64,000 nt of DNA. It comes from Phyllosticta citribraziliensis (taxonomy: Eukaryota). Positions 12,410 to 23,556 of this stretch are shown one piece after another (position 1 is the stretch's first letter; every line of letters begins with the position of its first letter). The stretch is from positions 868,001-932,000 of the forward strand of contig NW_027117347.1 of assembly GCF_038025025.1 (NCBI RefSeq). Reading direction: 5' to 3'. A program made the translations under genes and the position numbers. The notes below the pieces were generated by a model that saw only the letters and a list, made by a program, of their open reading frames with translations, did no database searches and was not told the origin of the DNA.

Positions 12410-13458
12410 ATGGCAGCGGACGGTAAGCGCCTCTCTACCGCCGGAAAGGTCGCAACACCCAAGCTGGGAGACCAGTCCATCCTCAACGACTCGCATCTGT
12501 ACAAGATCATTGGCAAGCGGTTCGTCCATCGCGCCCCCCTCGTCCCCTTCGTCCTGCCAGCCTGAGCTCCGTCGATGCCTGACTCTCCCCTCCTCACATG
12601 CGAGAGCGCGCCGCCAGTCTCAGCCCTCGCGGCACCAGGGCTGGCCGACTGGGGGCAGCAGTCTTGCTTCTCGCCACAAAACGAAACCGTTTTCTTCGAC
12701 CAGAGAGACAACAGTCGCATGTTTGGCTGACGCATGGGTTTGGCACAGGGTCAAAATCACAACGACAATCGCCGCCGCGACGAGCAACAATAATGGCGCC
12801 CTCGAAGGCGTCGTCTACGCCGCGGATCCGGTTCTGAACATCCTGGCCGTCAACACGGCTCCCGCGCCGCCGAACCCCGCGACGAACCTGGCCAGCCAAC
12901 CGGGCAACTACCACGTGATTTCGATCCCGCACATTCAAGACTTCAAGATCCTGGCGTCGGGTGGAGGCAGTGGTGGCGAGGATGGAGCTGTCGCCGCCGA
13001 CACGGTGGGAGGCTTTGAGGCGGCGGTGCCGAGCATCGGCACGCTCGACCTGGGAGCGCTGAAGCGGAGGGAAGAAGAAGCCGTCAAGAAGCTGATACAG
13101 AAGGAGGCGACGCGGGGACGCGGCGTGCCCAAGGAGGCGCAGGAGATTTTCGACGCCATTAACAAGACGTACGTATAGAGCTGAGAGAGGACCCGTCCCC
13201 AGGAAGAGGACGTCACGACTGACGACGAGACACAGACTTCCCGCGCGCTGGCACGAGCAGTCCATCGTCATTAACGATGCGGTGATTCTCGGCCCTCCCT
13301 ACACACTCAACGACCTCAAGGCTGGCGAGGGCAAGGAAATGACGCTCGCCCACATCAGGAAGATCATGGAGAGCCATTTGGCGAAGAAGAAGGCGTCGGG
13401 AGGACAGCCGCAACGGCCTGGGGTAGCCACTCCGATTCCGCCCCGAAAGGGCGGTTGA
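12410..13458 (+). CDS. lsm12: Lsm12-like protein (Lsm domain + anticodon-binding AD domain)
   Basis: Exons 12410-12519, 12749-13168, 13236-13458. IGKRVKITT..LEGVVYAADPVLNILA, YHVISIPHIQDFKI, RGRGVPKEAQEIFDAINKTLPARWHEQSIVINDAVILGPPY. Confidence 0.85.
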
Positions 13459-13859
13459 AGGTGGCAGGCGATTGGGTGCGACCGGCGGGCGGCACTGGGT
13501 TGGTCGGTATGAGCATTCTGGGAGAGTCGATGTTTGGCGAATGGCGAAGCATCTGGAGAATCAAGAGTTCAATGAGATGGGTCAAGACGTTGATACGATG
13601 GCATGGGATGGCACGTCTCTTGAAGGTTGATCGGTACTACCTAGTGAGTAGAGCAGTTCATCCATAGAGGACAAAAACGAAAACGGTTCAAAGAGCGTGA
13701 GCGCGAGCTCCAACTCCACGTCCCGTCACGTTGCAATTGTGGGCTGATCATTTCATGAAATCGCTCTAATCATTCGCATAGCATCTTTGCCAGTCTACTT
13801 ATATCAAATCTCCACAGGCTCTAGTCCTCTCGTCTAGTCCGGTCTAAACCAAACTTCGT

Positions 13860-14974
13860 TTATTTGCCCACGTTGGCGAACCTCAAGTAGGGCTTAACCT
13901 CCTTCACGTCGCCAAACTTCTTCTTCGCATCCGCGGTGCTGACGCTAGGCGGGACAATAACGTCGTCGCCGACCTGCCAGTCAATGGGGGTAACGACGCC
14001 GTTCTTGTCGGCCGTCTGCAAGCTATCAATGACGCGCAGGACCTCGGCGGAGTTGCGGCCGGTGCTGGCCGGGTAGATCATCATGAGGCGGATCTTCTTG
14101 GCCGGGTCGACGATGAAGACGCTCCGGATGGTGAAGGGGAGGCCCTTCTTGGCAATGTCGCGCACGTCGTCCTCGGTCACCATGTCGTACAGGAAGGCCA
14201 CCTTGCGCTCGGCGTCGGCGATGATGGGGAAGGCGAGGTTGGTCGAGGCCACTTCGTTGATGTCCTTGACCCAGTCTTGGTGCGAGCTGAGGTCGTCGGC
14301 GCTCTGGGAGACTTTGTGTCAGCATGTCTGCGCGTATCGATCGGGTGCCGTTCGTTCTGGTTGTATGCTGGACCGCCCTTCCTCTTGCTGGTGTTGCCAG
14401 TTGGGATTCAATGGTGGCAGCAGAAAGACTTACAAGTCCGATCATCTTGACGTTGCGCTTCTCAAATTCGTCCTTGAGCTTGGCAAATGCGCCCAGCTCC
14501 GTTGTGCAGACGGGCGTGAAGTCGGCCGGGTGCGAAAACAGAATGGCCCAGCTGTCGCCCAACCACTTGTGGAAGTCGATGTCGCCGTGCGTCGTCTTGG
14601 CCTGGAAGTTGGGAGCTGAGCACGACGAACTGTTAGCATTGTTTGCAAAGCTTCTTTGCCCCCCATCGGAGCTACGTTGGCAGGTGTCGAGGTAGCTCCC
14701 AGAGCTCCCGCCATATGGCTCTTTTCTATGGCTTTCTTTTCTTGGACTCTTCTGCGATTCTCCCTCCGGTGTGGTATGCAATTGAGAAGTTTCACTCACC
14801 AACAGAGCCGAGACGCAGACGCGGCTGCTCCGCAGGTACCTGCAGGAAACGGCGGAACAGAGGCGCGGCGGGGCGCTGGACGGCCTGAATGCGCGTCGTC
14901 GGGCGCGCATGAGCAGCAGCGCGCAGGCCGCTGTTGAAGGCGCGAGGAGCAGCACGAGAAAGGTACGAGGCCAT
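13860..14974 (-). CDS. prx1: Mitochondrial 1-Cys peroxiredoxin (Prx6 type)
   Basis: Exons 14974-14800, 14615-14434, 14303-13860. Arg/Ala-rich presequence [11 protein letters not shown], then [38 protein letters not shown]. Confidence 0.95.
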
Positions 14975-16159
14975 GGTTGATGAGATGCTGAATTGGTGTT
15001 GAGGAGGAACAATGGCTTGTCTGCTGTGATTGCTGTCTTGGAGCTTCACCCCGCTGCGCTGCTTAGAAACAATTAATCCGCCGACATGGCGTCAGAGCGC
15101 GACGTCGCCGACTGGACCCGGATCCCGTCTGACAGGGAGCTCCCCCCCGGCAGTCGGTCTGCTCTGGGATTGGCCGGCCTGTTCGGCATCTTCGGCCTTT
15201 GCGCGGCGTTGCTTTCAACGTCATTTGGCCGCTGTTGCTGGGGGCATTCTTTCAATGACCATTTCTCCAAGTCTCTCCAGATAGAATGGTGTTGCCTCGT
15301 CATTCCCGTGAATGAACGAGACTACGTACTCTCGATGGCCAGATCATCCTTGCTACACGTGGTTTGTGGGGAGCACATGGCATACACCATGTTGGACGGC
15401 ATTCTTCCCGATTCTTCGATCATCGGTCAACGAACCCGGTTCAAAAGCATACTGGATCTCGAGGTAGCCCATCAGTGTCGGTTCTGGTTACACATGTCAT
15501 CCGTAGCTTGGAGACCGACTTGGGTTCGCATTAAAGGCTTGTAGAAATCGTAATCGGACCGCTCTCCAGAGGTCGAGAAGCTCATGAACGGATCACTGGA
15601 ATCTGTCAACTTGGAAGGCTTGTGGAATTACTCGCATTGACGGTCTCTGCGTAGGCTCAAACTCCACCCAACCTTAACAACTGGCGAATAGATTTTGGAG
15701 AGTCATTCAAATTCCATGATACGTTAGACAGGGCCGAGCGGTGGTGAGTGCTGACTTGGTCAGGCAGGAATTCATTGAATTCAAAAGGACACAGACGATG
15801 AGACCCATGGTCCAATCACCGATACATCACTGGAGCCCGTTAACAAGTTCCAGAGTTCGAGAGCACAGAGAGAATGATTTCCGTGGTGTCGATTTCGCGC
15901 AACTTTCTTGTCGCGTTGGCAATTGTCAGTTGGCAATCCTATCATATAGTCTCGAATTCTTGGATTCCACTCCACTCTGGTATACCTGCATGACCTCGTC
16001 AGCCGGTCTCTACACCATCAAAGGCAGAGCCGCATGGGTACATTTTTCCCAAATCCCCAAAACTCCGGTGCACCTGCCTTCCTTTGTGATGCATGCTGAG
16101 ACAAAATTTTGAAATTCCACCGTAAACGCCGAGACAGATGTCATCCAACGTGCATCTTC

Positions 16160-16952
16160 TCAAATGACCCATCTGTAACTCGCGTATCGGCCTGCCGTCT
16201 CCGACTTCCTGATGATCTTGACGACCTGACCTCTCCGTAGACCGAGGTACCTCGCGACCGGGTCGCCCTGCTGGATGCGCGGAAGCTGGCTCTCCTTCAG
16301 GCGGTAGCGCTGGAGAAGGGCAGCCTTCTCCTCGGCGCTGAGGAGCACATGCTTGGGAACGAGTTCGTGGTGGGTGATGTTTACGAGGAGGTCCTGTTCC
16401 ATGAATGTCTCCATGACGAGCGGCAGCAGGGACGGAATGATCTTCTGGGCAGAGCCAGTGACGGGGACGGAGGTGATGTAGATTCCGACAGCGAAGTTGT
16501 TGTTGTTCAGATAGTGACCGAATTTGCGAATGTGGGCGACACCAATGTTCGAGTCTCCATTGAATTCGACCCAGCAGTTGCCCAAGGTCTCGGTGGGTTT
16601 CTTAGGGTTGTACAGTTTGTGCCTCATCTCGTCGCCTGGGCTGGCAGAGAAGGAAAGTCGGTTGCGGCTGCGGCCTGGATGTTAGCTGGCAGCCGGCGGG
16701 GGCGGAGGTTCCAGGCTGCTTACTCGACATAGCCGGAGCCATCGCAAAAGCGTGACCTGAATTCCTCGAGCGGAATCCGGTATTCGGCCTCGGGCATGAT
16801 GTAGCCCTAAAGCTGGAGCGTCAGTGCCAAATCTTCACAGCTGCGAAGCGCTGTGCTCGTACCCTGTCGTGAACAAGCTCGTGCACAGTGCGCCAGGCAC
16901 GCCAAAGCCTGGAAGCTTCGCGCTCGGCCTCAGTAGATCTGCCGTCATCCAT
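16160..16952 (-). CDS. rpb5: RNA polymerases I/II/III shared subunit RPABC1
   Basis: Exons 16952-16863, 16806-16724, 16667-16160. RLWRAWRTVHELVHDRGY, LLVNITHHELVPKH, QLPRIQQGDPVARYLGL, RKSETAGRYASYR. Confidence 0.96.
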
Positions 16953-17134
16953 TTCGGTGGCTGTCGCGACGGGAGAGCGGAGGTGGGTGTGGGGTGGACG
17001 GAGGTGTTGCGGTGGTGTTCGCGCGTCAAAGGTTCAGAGAAATCGAGCGGCGCGCCTTCACCGCCTTCCGAAAGTGGCCTTGGCTCCCGCGTCAGCTTGC
17101 CCTCGACTTCTCCACGTCACGTCAACACCAAACA

Positions 17135-18338
17135 ATGGCAGCGCCTCAGATTCCAAATCTGAATACTCTCCGCGCTGGGCGAGGCTTGCGTGGACGCGGC
17201 AGGGGCGGTCGCAATGGTCCACCTGGATCATCTGACCGGAAGAATGAAGACCAGGATAGCATTATCCAAAAGACCGACAGCGATGCGTCCCATTCGAGGA
17301 TGAGCGCCGTCGAGTTGGGGTACCTTGAAGATCCTTTTGCCAAAGATTTTGTCACTGAGCAAGTGAATCGACGATTCCCAATCATCAACAGAGGTTGGCA
17401 CCAAACTCCACTCCAGATTCATCTTGCTGAGCATCGGCGCAGGAACCTATGTCCGCAGCGCAGCCATAGATTGTCTTGTGGACAGCTTTCTCAGCACAAA
17501 CCCCGATCAACCAAAGCAAATAGTCTCGCTCGGAGCTGGAAGCGATACTCGATTTTTCCGCATCTTTTCAAGGAGGCCCTCCATCGCCTTGACTTATCAT
17601 GAGATTGATTTTCCTGCCAATACGAAGCAAAAGATCACAGCAATAAAGCGCACCAACCATCTTCTGCAAACTATCACCTCACGCCTCCCAAATCCTGAGG
17701 AGCTTTTCATATCCGCAGATGAAACGTCCCTGACATCGCCTGTCTACAATATCCACGCTCTAGATCTGCGGACATTGGCTGAAGATCAGCCGACCACGGA
17801 CACTTCCAATGCTCTTCCAAAGCTGCCAAATCTGTCTCCTACCACGCCTACTTTGCTGCTGTCCGAGTGCTGTCTTATCTATCTGTCGCCCAACGAGGCA
17901 GACAGTATTCTCGAGACCTTCACCACCTCTCTAATTCCTGCACCCACCCCAGTGTCTCTGATAATCTACGAGCCAATCAGACCATACGACGCTTTTGGCA
18001 AGGTCATGATATCCAATCTTGCAACACGTGGCATCGTTCTGCAGACGCTTAAGAAGTACTCGTCCCTGTTCCGCCAACGCGAACGTTTGAAGAAATTCGG
18101 TTTCGGCAGCGGGCAAGGCGCGGCGGATATCAACTTCATCTGGGAGGAGTGGGTGGCAGAGAGCGAAAAGGAGAGAGTCGGCTCGCTGGAGATGCTGGAT
18201 GAGATGGAGGAATGGGTCCTGCTGGCCAAGCACTATTGCGTTGCGTGGGGTTGGAGAGATGGAAATAGTGACATCTTTGGCAAGGCTTGGGAAGCCATCA
18301 AAGCCCAAGATGCTCCAGATGATGAGGAGATGGGCTGA
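17135..18338 (+). CDS. ppm1: Leucine carboxyl methyltransferase 1 (PP2A methyltransferase)
   Basis: Exons 17135-17393, 17443-18338. IIQKTDSDASHSRMSAVELGYLEDPF, PIINRGTYVR, QIVSLGAGSDTRFF, LLSECCLIY, LDEMEEWVLLAKHYC. Confidence 0.94.
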
Positions 18339-18651
18339 AAAAGATCGGAACTTGTTCAAGTCAAGTCAAACGGAACTCCTTGGAGCACAAGGCCTGTAAA
18401 TGAATATACGAACCTGTTTGGCCGCGATTCTCATGATTCTCTGTGCAAGGCAAATGATGATCAATGTACCCACTCAAAGAATTCAAAGTATTAGAGTCAC
18501 TCCATTTTCTAATTTAGGTATGGATTGAAATGGAAGCTTGATAGGCGACGTCATACCACGTGTTCACGTAGCAACGCGTTTGAATGACGGGAACGTCTCC
18601 AACGCGACACCCGCATTCCATCTTCAAGCTTTCCAACACTCAACCTTCCAA

Positions 18652-19701
18652 ATGGCGCATAACCAGCCAAACGATCTACACAACGTTTCAAAAAGTACAT
18701 CTACCAACGAAATATTCCTCGCCTGGCAAGACTGCGACGAACCACCGCCATCGGCGCAACCCTTGCCACCGTCCCCAAAAGCTCCCACGCCTTTACCAGC
18801 AACCGAAACGCCCAACGCAACCCACCACAACGGCATCCTAAACCCCGCACAACCCAGTCGCAAACTGTTCGACCCCTGGAATTCGTCCTCAACGGGTCAC
18901 CAACGTGCCGAAAACCGCCTTTCGGGGAGCACATCGTGGAGGGCTTCGCGCAACGCCAAGCTTGGGGCGCAGTTTCGTGGAGGAGCGGGCGGTGGCAAGA
19001 GAGTCGCAGACACGGTGGGAGCGGGAAGCGAGGCATTTGGGAAGGACGGTAGAAGGCAGGATGGCGGATGGGAGAGGGGTGCAAGCGGGCTGAGGGAGAG
19101 AGGTCAGTTGGCGATATGGGAGGTTGGGAGGGAAACCAAAAGGAGACGAGTCTCTGATGGAGGGGAAGAGGAGAAGAACAGTGACAGACAGCATGACCAT
19201 GGCCAGAAAGGACAAAGAACCAGGGCCGCCGAAGAGCAGGGAGGTGATGGAGCGCCGAAAGAAGAGGCAGGAGACTTGGACGAGGATGCTGAGGAAGAAG
19301 ACGATGCGCCACTGCCACCGGAGAGCCAGATATTTCGAAACCTTTGCTTCTACATCAACGGGTCGACAGCGCCAACCATATCCGACCACAAGCTCAAGCG
19401 TCTGCTCGCGACTCATGGGGCCACGACATCAGTTGCGCTGGGCCGTCGCAGCGTCAGTCATGTTATCATCGGGCCTACGGGAGAAGGAGGCGTTGGAGGC
19501 GGTCTCGCAGGTGGAAAGCTGCAGAAGGAGATTGAACGGGTGGGAGGGAAAGGCGTCAAGTATGTGCCTGTCGAGTGGGTTGTCGAATGCGTCAAGAGAG
19601 GCAAAAGACTCCCAGAAGCTGGGTTTGCTCATCTGAAGGTTGGAGCGCCGGCTGGTCAAAGGAGCGTTCTTGGAATGTTTAAGCAGGGCGACAGTAAATG
19701 A
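18652..19701 (+). CDS. Stand-alone BRCT-domain protein (Rev1-type BRCT), function unknown
   Basis: First ATG at 18652 in an uninterrupted ORF. C-terminal IFRNLCFYING..SDHKLKRLLATHGA..VSHVII..VKYVPVEWVVECVKRGKRLPE has the BRCT pattern. N-terminal block FDPWNSSSTGHQRAENRL. Confidence 0.8.
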   Translation: MAHNQPNDLHNVSKSTSTNEIFLAWQDCDEPPPSAQPLPPSPKAPTPLPATETPNATHHNGILNPAQPSRKLFDPWNSSSTGHQRAENRLSGSTSWRASRNAKLGAQFRGGAGGGKRVADTVGAGSEAFGKDGRRQDGGWERGASGLRERGQLAIWEVGRETKRRRVSDGGEEEKNSDRQHDHGQKGQRTRAAEEQGGDGAPKEEAGDLDEDAEEEDDAPLPPESQIFRNLCFYINGSTAPTISDHKLKRLLATHGATTSVALGRRSVSHVIIGPTGEGGVGGGLAGGKLQKEIERVGGKGVKYVPVEWVVECVKRGKRLPEAGFAHLKVGAPAGQRSVLGMFKQGDSK

Positions 19702-20971
19702 GCTTGAGCAGGACTTGCATCGATTTGGGCATTGTTCTGAGAAAAGCCATAGGCTATGTATGCATTGGAGAGGTCAGACATCAGCAAAAGGCTCTAGAGG
19801 GACAAAATGATACCCCAAGTTACTTTATCTTACCTATTCACTGAGCTTGACAAGCGAGAGGAATTCACCAATCCACTTTGGTAGGAAAATTGGTGATGTT
19901 GCGTATATTGCCAGTAACCGTAGGTTTAATATCAATAACTCGGTGCCGTGGTGTAGTTACGCGGGATTGCTGTTGCGTCATATCATGGCTCCGGTCGCCC
20001 ACCCTGCTAAATATCAGCAAAATGCCTGCCTGGAAGCACTGGGAGCGCAGTCAGTCCTTCTGGGCTGCACTGTACCATCTCCTGTAGTTGTGAAGGTTGG
20101 CTAGATCAAATGGGCCTTTAAAATCTTAGATGTGCTCTCTTCGGAGCAAGTATCCACACGTCTGGGAAGATCACGGTTCCTATATTAATTTTTTTTTTTT
20201 TTTTCGGAGTTCAAAACTCAACGCCTCCACCTTTTGCTTGCGGGTGCACCCTCTTCTACTGGGGTCACGTCCTTTTGCAGGCTCTTCTCATCATTGGAAA
20301 ATACTTTTCTGATGTGTTGATGATGAGTCCATAAGAGCTACCATTTCTTTTGACACGTGTTGCGGCAGCCGTGGCATAGTATCGTAGGTGTTCATATTTC
20401 CTGGATTAGGCTGCAGCAACGAATGGCTGTTTACTCAGTGTAGCAATAGCAGTTGATGAATGCTCCTCAGGCACAGCTATACCAGTAAACGAGTGCTCCT
20501 TTAATGTAACTGTAGTAGCAAATGAATGCCCCGTAGATGCACCCATCTAGCGTGGAGGTCTCATTTCTTGACAATCACTGTGGTGGTGTTGCGATTCGAT
20601 GCAGCGTGCCGGCCGTGGCGGAGAGGTACCGGTAGATCCGTCAGAGGCCCGAGCTCGCGTATCCGGCGTCCGGGTTCCTTCCGCCTCCGCCTCCCTGCTG
20701 CCGGTTAAGGCTGCGACTGTGACGTCCACAGTGCCAGATCTCCCTCCACGACTACCGTACCACTTCACATCAACCAACACCAGTCTTCTCCTTCGCCAGT
20801 CCTTCCTTCCTCACCCGTCTCTTTGAAACTTTCGCTCCGTCTCACGAACGCTCCCACAGCCGCAGCATTAAATCGCCGCCTCCTGCCGCGCGGAGCTCTT
20901 TGTTCGCCGCAACCCCAGCCACAGGCCGCTCAGCTGTACAACTATTGCTACCGGCGCACACAGCTCTTGCA

Positions 20972-23556
20972 ATGTTCAATCGCGGAGGCCCGTTTGGAAG
21001 TCGCCCGCAGGGCTCTCCCCAACAAGGCGGATACAATCCTGTCGGTCAACAGCCTCCCCCTCCAGGCTACGGAGATCCGCGAATGAGAGCATCTGGACTG
21101 CCTGCTCGTCCCTCTCAGCAAATGCCACCGCCAATGCCTGAGAAGCATTCCGCCCCATACGCGCGCTCGTCGCAAGGCCCTGGAGGTTCCAAGTCACTCC
21201 AACCAGTCAAGAACGCCTTTGGAGACCTGCTCATCTGGGGAAACATGTTAGGGAGCATTCACAATCTGTGTCGTCCTTCCTGATCGCTGACCTGACCATC
21301 AGTGCTGCCGTATCCACTCAAGACTTCCCACCCGGAGGCCCTCACACAATTATCCTGAACGACCACTACGTCCTCCCCGCCCAGCCCGTTCAAGAATGCC
21401 CGCCGGGTCAAATAGGCCTCAACGAGGCCCAGCGATCATGGGCGCAGATTAGCATATCGCCGGGAGCATTCGTCACGGCAAGGATCTTTGAGGGCACAAA
21501 CGACTTCTTGTCGACCATCGACATCTCGGCGGTTTTTGCTTCAGCAAAGCAAGCTGTCCAGAGTACATTCGATCAAGAACAATTCAGCGCGTACTTCATG
21601 AAGGTAGTTTGCCAGTGAGGGTGGTACATGATGGTTTGCTAATCCGATGACTGCAGACTTTCGGTGGTCAAATCCTCGCGCCCGGACAACAGTTGTTGAT
21701 GAGCTTCCAAAGCATACGATTTCGCCTGCAGATTCAATCTGTCAAGCTCGGAAATGTTACGGACATGAGTCAAGGCGAGCAGAATGACGACGAGCGGACT
21801 GACCCGAATGCCCGTGGTATCCTACACAAGGGAACGCAAGCGTTCTTCCAATCTGAGGCGGATAGTCCCGTCGCAGTCAAGTTTTCGTATCCCAAGGGCA
21901 AAAAGCTTCAAGCCAACCAGCTTCTAAAGTCAGGCTTCAAATTCGAGGACTTGAAGATTGGCGGCCTCGATACCGAGTTCAAGGCCATTTTCCGGAGAGC
22001 GTTCGCTTCGCGTCTTTTTGGAGACGACCTCGTGGAAAAGCTCGGCATTCAGCACGTCAAGGGTATTCTCTTACATGGCCCGCCCGGTACCGGAAAAACA
22101 CTCATTGCCAGAGAGATCGGAAAAATGTTGAGGATAGACGAGGACCACGTGCAAATCGTCAACGGCCCCGAAGTCTTGAACAAGTTCGTCGGTCAGTCGG
22201 AAGAGAACATTCGGAAACTATTTGCAAAGGCCGAGCAGGACAAGAATGAACTAAACCTCATCATCTTTGATGAGTTGGACGCCGTCTGCAAGCAGAGAGG
22301 CAGCGGTGCTGGTGGAGGCACAGGTGTTGGCGACAGCGTTGTCAACCAGCTGCTATCCAAGCTCGATGGTGTCAACCAGATGAACAACATTATCCTGATC
22401 GGTATGACGAATCGTATGGACATGATCGACGAGGCTCTGCTGCGTCCTGGTCGTCTGGAGGTGCACATGGAGATCTCCCTGCCCGATGAGAAGGGTCGTG
22501 TGCAAATTATCAACATCCACACCAAAAACATGCGCGATAATGACGTCTTGGCTTCGGACGTCAACATCGAGGAGCTCGCCCAGTTGACAAAGAACTTCTC
22601 TGGTGCTGAGATAACTGGTCTAGTAAAGGCCGCCACGTCTTATGCGTTCAGCAGGCACATGAAGCTTGGAGACAAGCCAACAATCTCGGAAGATGTCTCT
22701 GAGATGAAGGTGCGCCGGGAGGACTTCCTCAACGCCCTTGAGGAAGTTCAGCCCCTGTTTGGTGTCGCCGAAGAGGAGCTTGAGAAGCGCATCCAAGGCG
22801 GCATCATCCATTACAGCTCAATTATCAACACCATCCTCGAAGACGGGAAGCTCTACGTCAACCAGGTTGGCAAGGGCAACACTCCTGTCCTTTCCGTTGC
22901 GTTGCACGGCCCTCCAGGCAGCGGAAAAACGGCACTTGCCTCGCAGATTGCGCTGTCGTCGGAATTCTCCTTCATCAAGCTCATCAGTCCCGAGGACATG
23001 ATTGGATACAGCGAGATGCAAAAGGTGCAGCAGCTGGACAAGACGTTCCGAGATGCCTACAAGAGTAAGCTGAGCGTCATTTTGATTGACAATATCGAGC
23101 TGCTCGTCGATTGGGTACCAATTGGACCACGGTTCAGCAACACGGTGCTCGTGGCGCTCAAGGTACTGCTGGGCAAGCAGCCTCCCAAGGTAAGATGAAA
23201 CGAGAAATATCTGGGACCAGAGTACTGACACGACGCAGGACCGCCGGCTTCTCATTCTCGCAACGACGACGGAGAGGTCGGTTCTCCAGCAACTCGACCT
23301 GTTTGACCGGTTCGACTTTGACATTCCGGTACCCAACGTGCAATCTCGGAAGGAGCTGCAGCTCGTGCTGAACGAGTCGGCGTCGTTTGGGCCGGAGCAG
23401 GTGCATGACATCATTTCGGATGTGCCAGACCAGATTGGAGTGGGCATCAAGAAGATCCTTACGGGTATTGAGACGGCTAGACAGGACCCGCGAGACGTGA
23501 CGGGCCGCTACAAGAGGTTCTTAGAGACGTCGATTGCGGCAAATAAGTTTTTGTGA
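20972..23556 (+). CDS. sec18: Vesicle-fusing ATPase NSF/Sec18 (4 exons, ~808 aa)
   Basis: Exons 20972-21246, 21303-21603, 21657-23189, 23239-23556. IGGLDTEFKAIFRRAFASR, D1 Walker A GPPGTGKT, Walker B IIFDELDA, LLRPGRLEV, D2 GPPGSGKT, IGPRFSN. Confidence 0.95.

Noticed and set aside
15086..16112. Short ORFs between prx1 and rpb5
   Set aside because: No coherent spliced model or recognisable motif on either strand.
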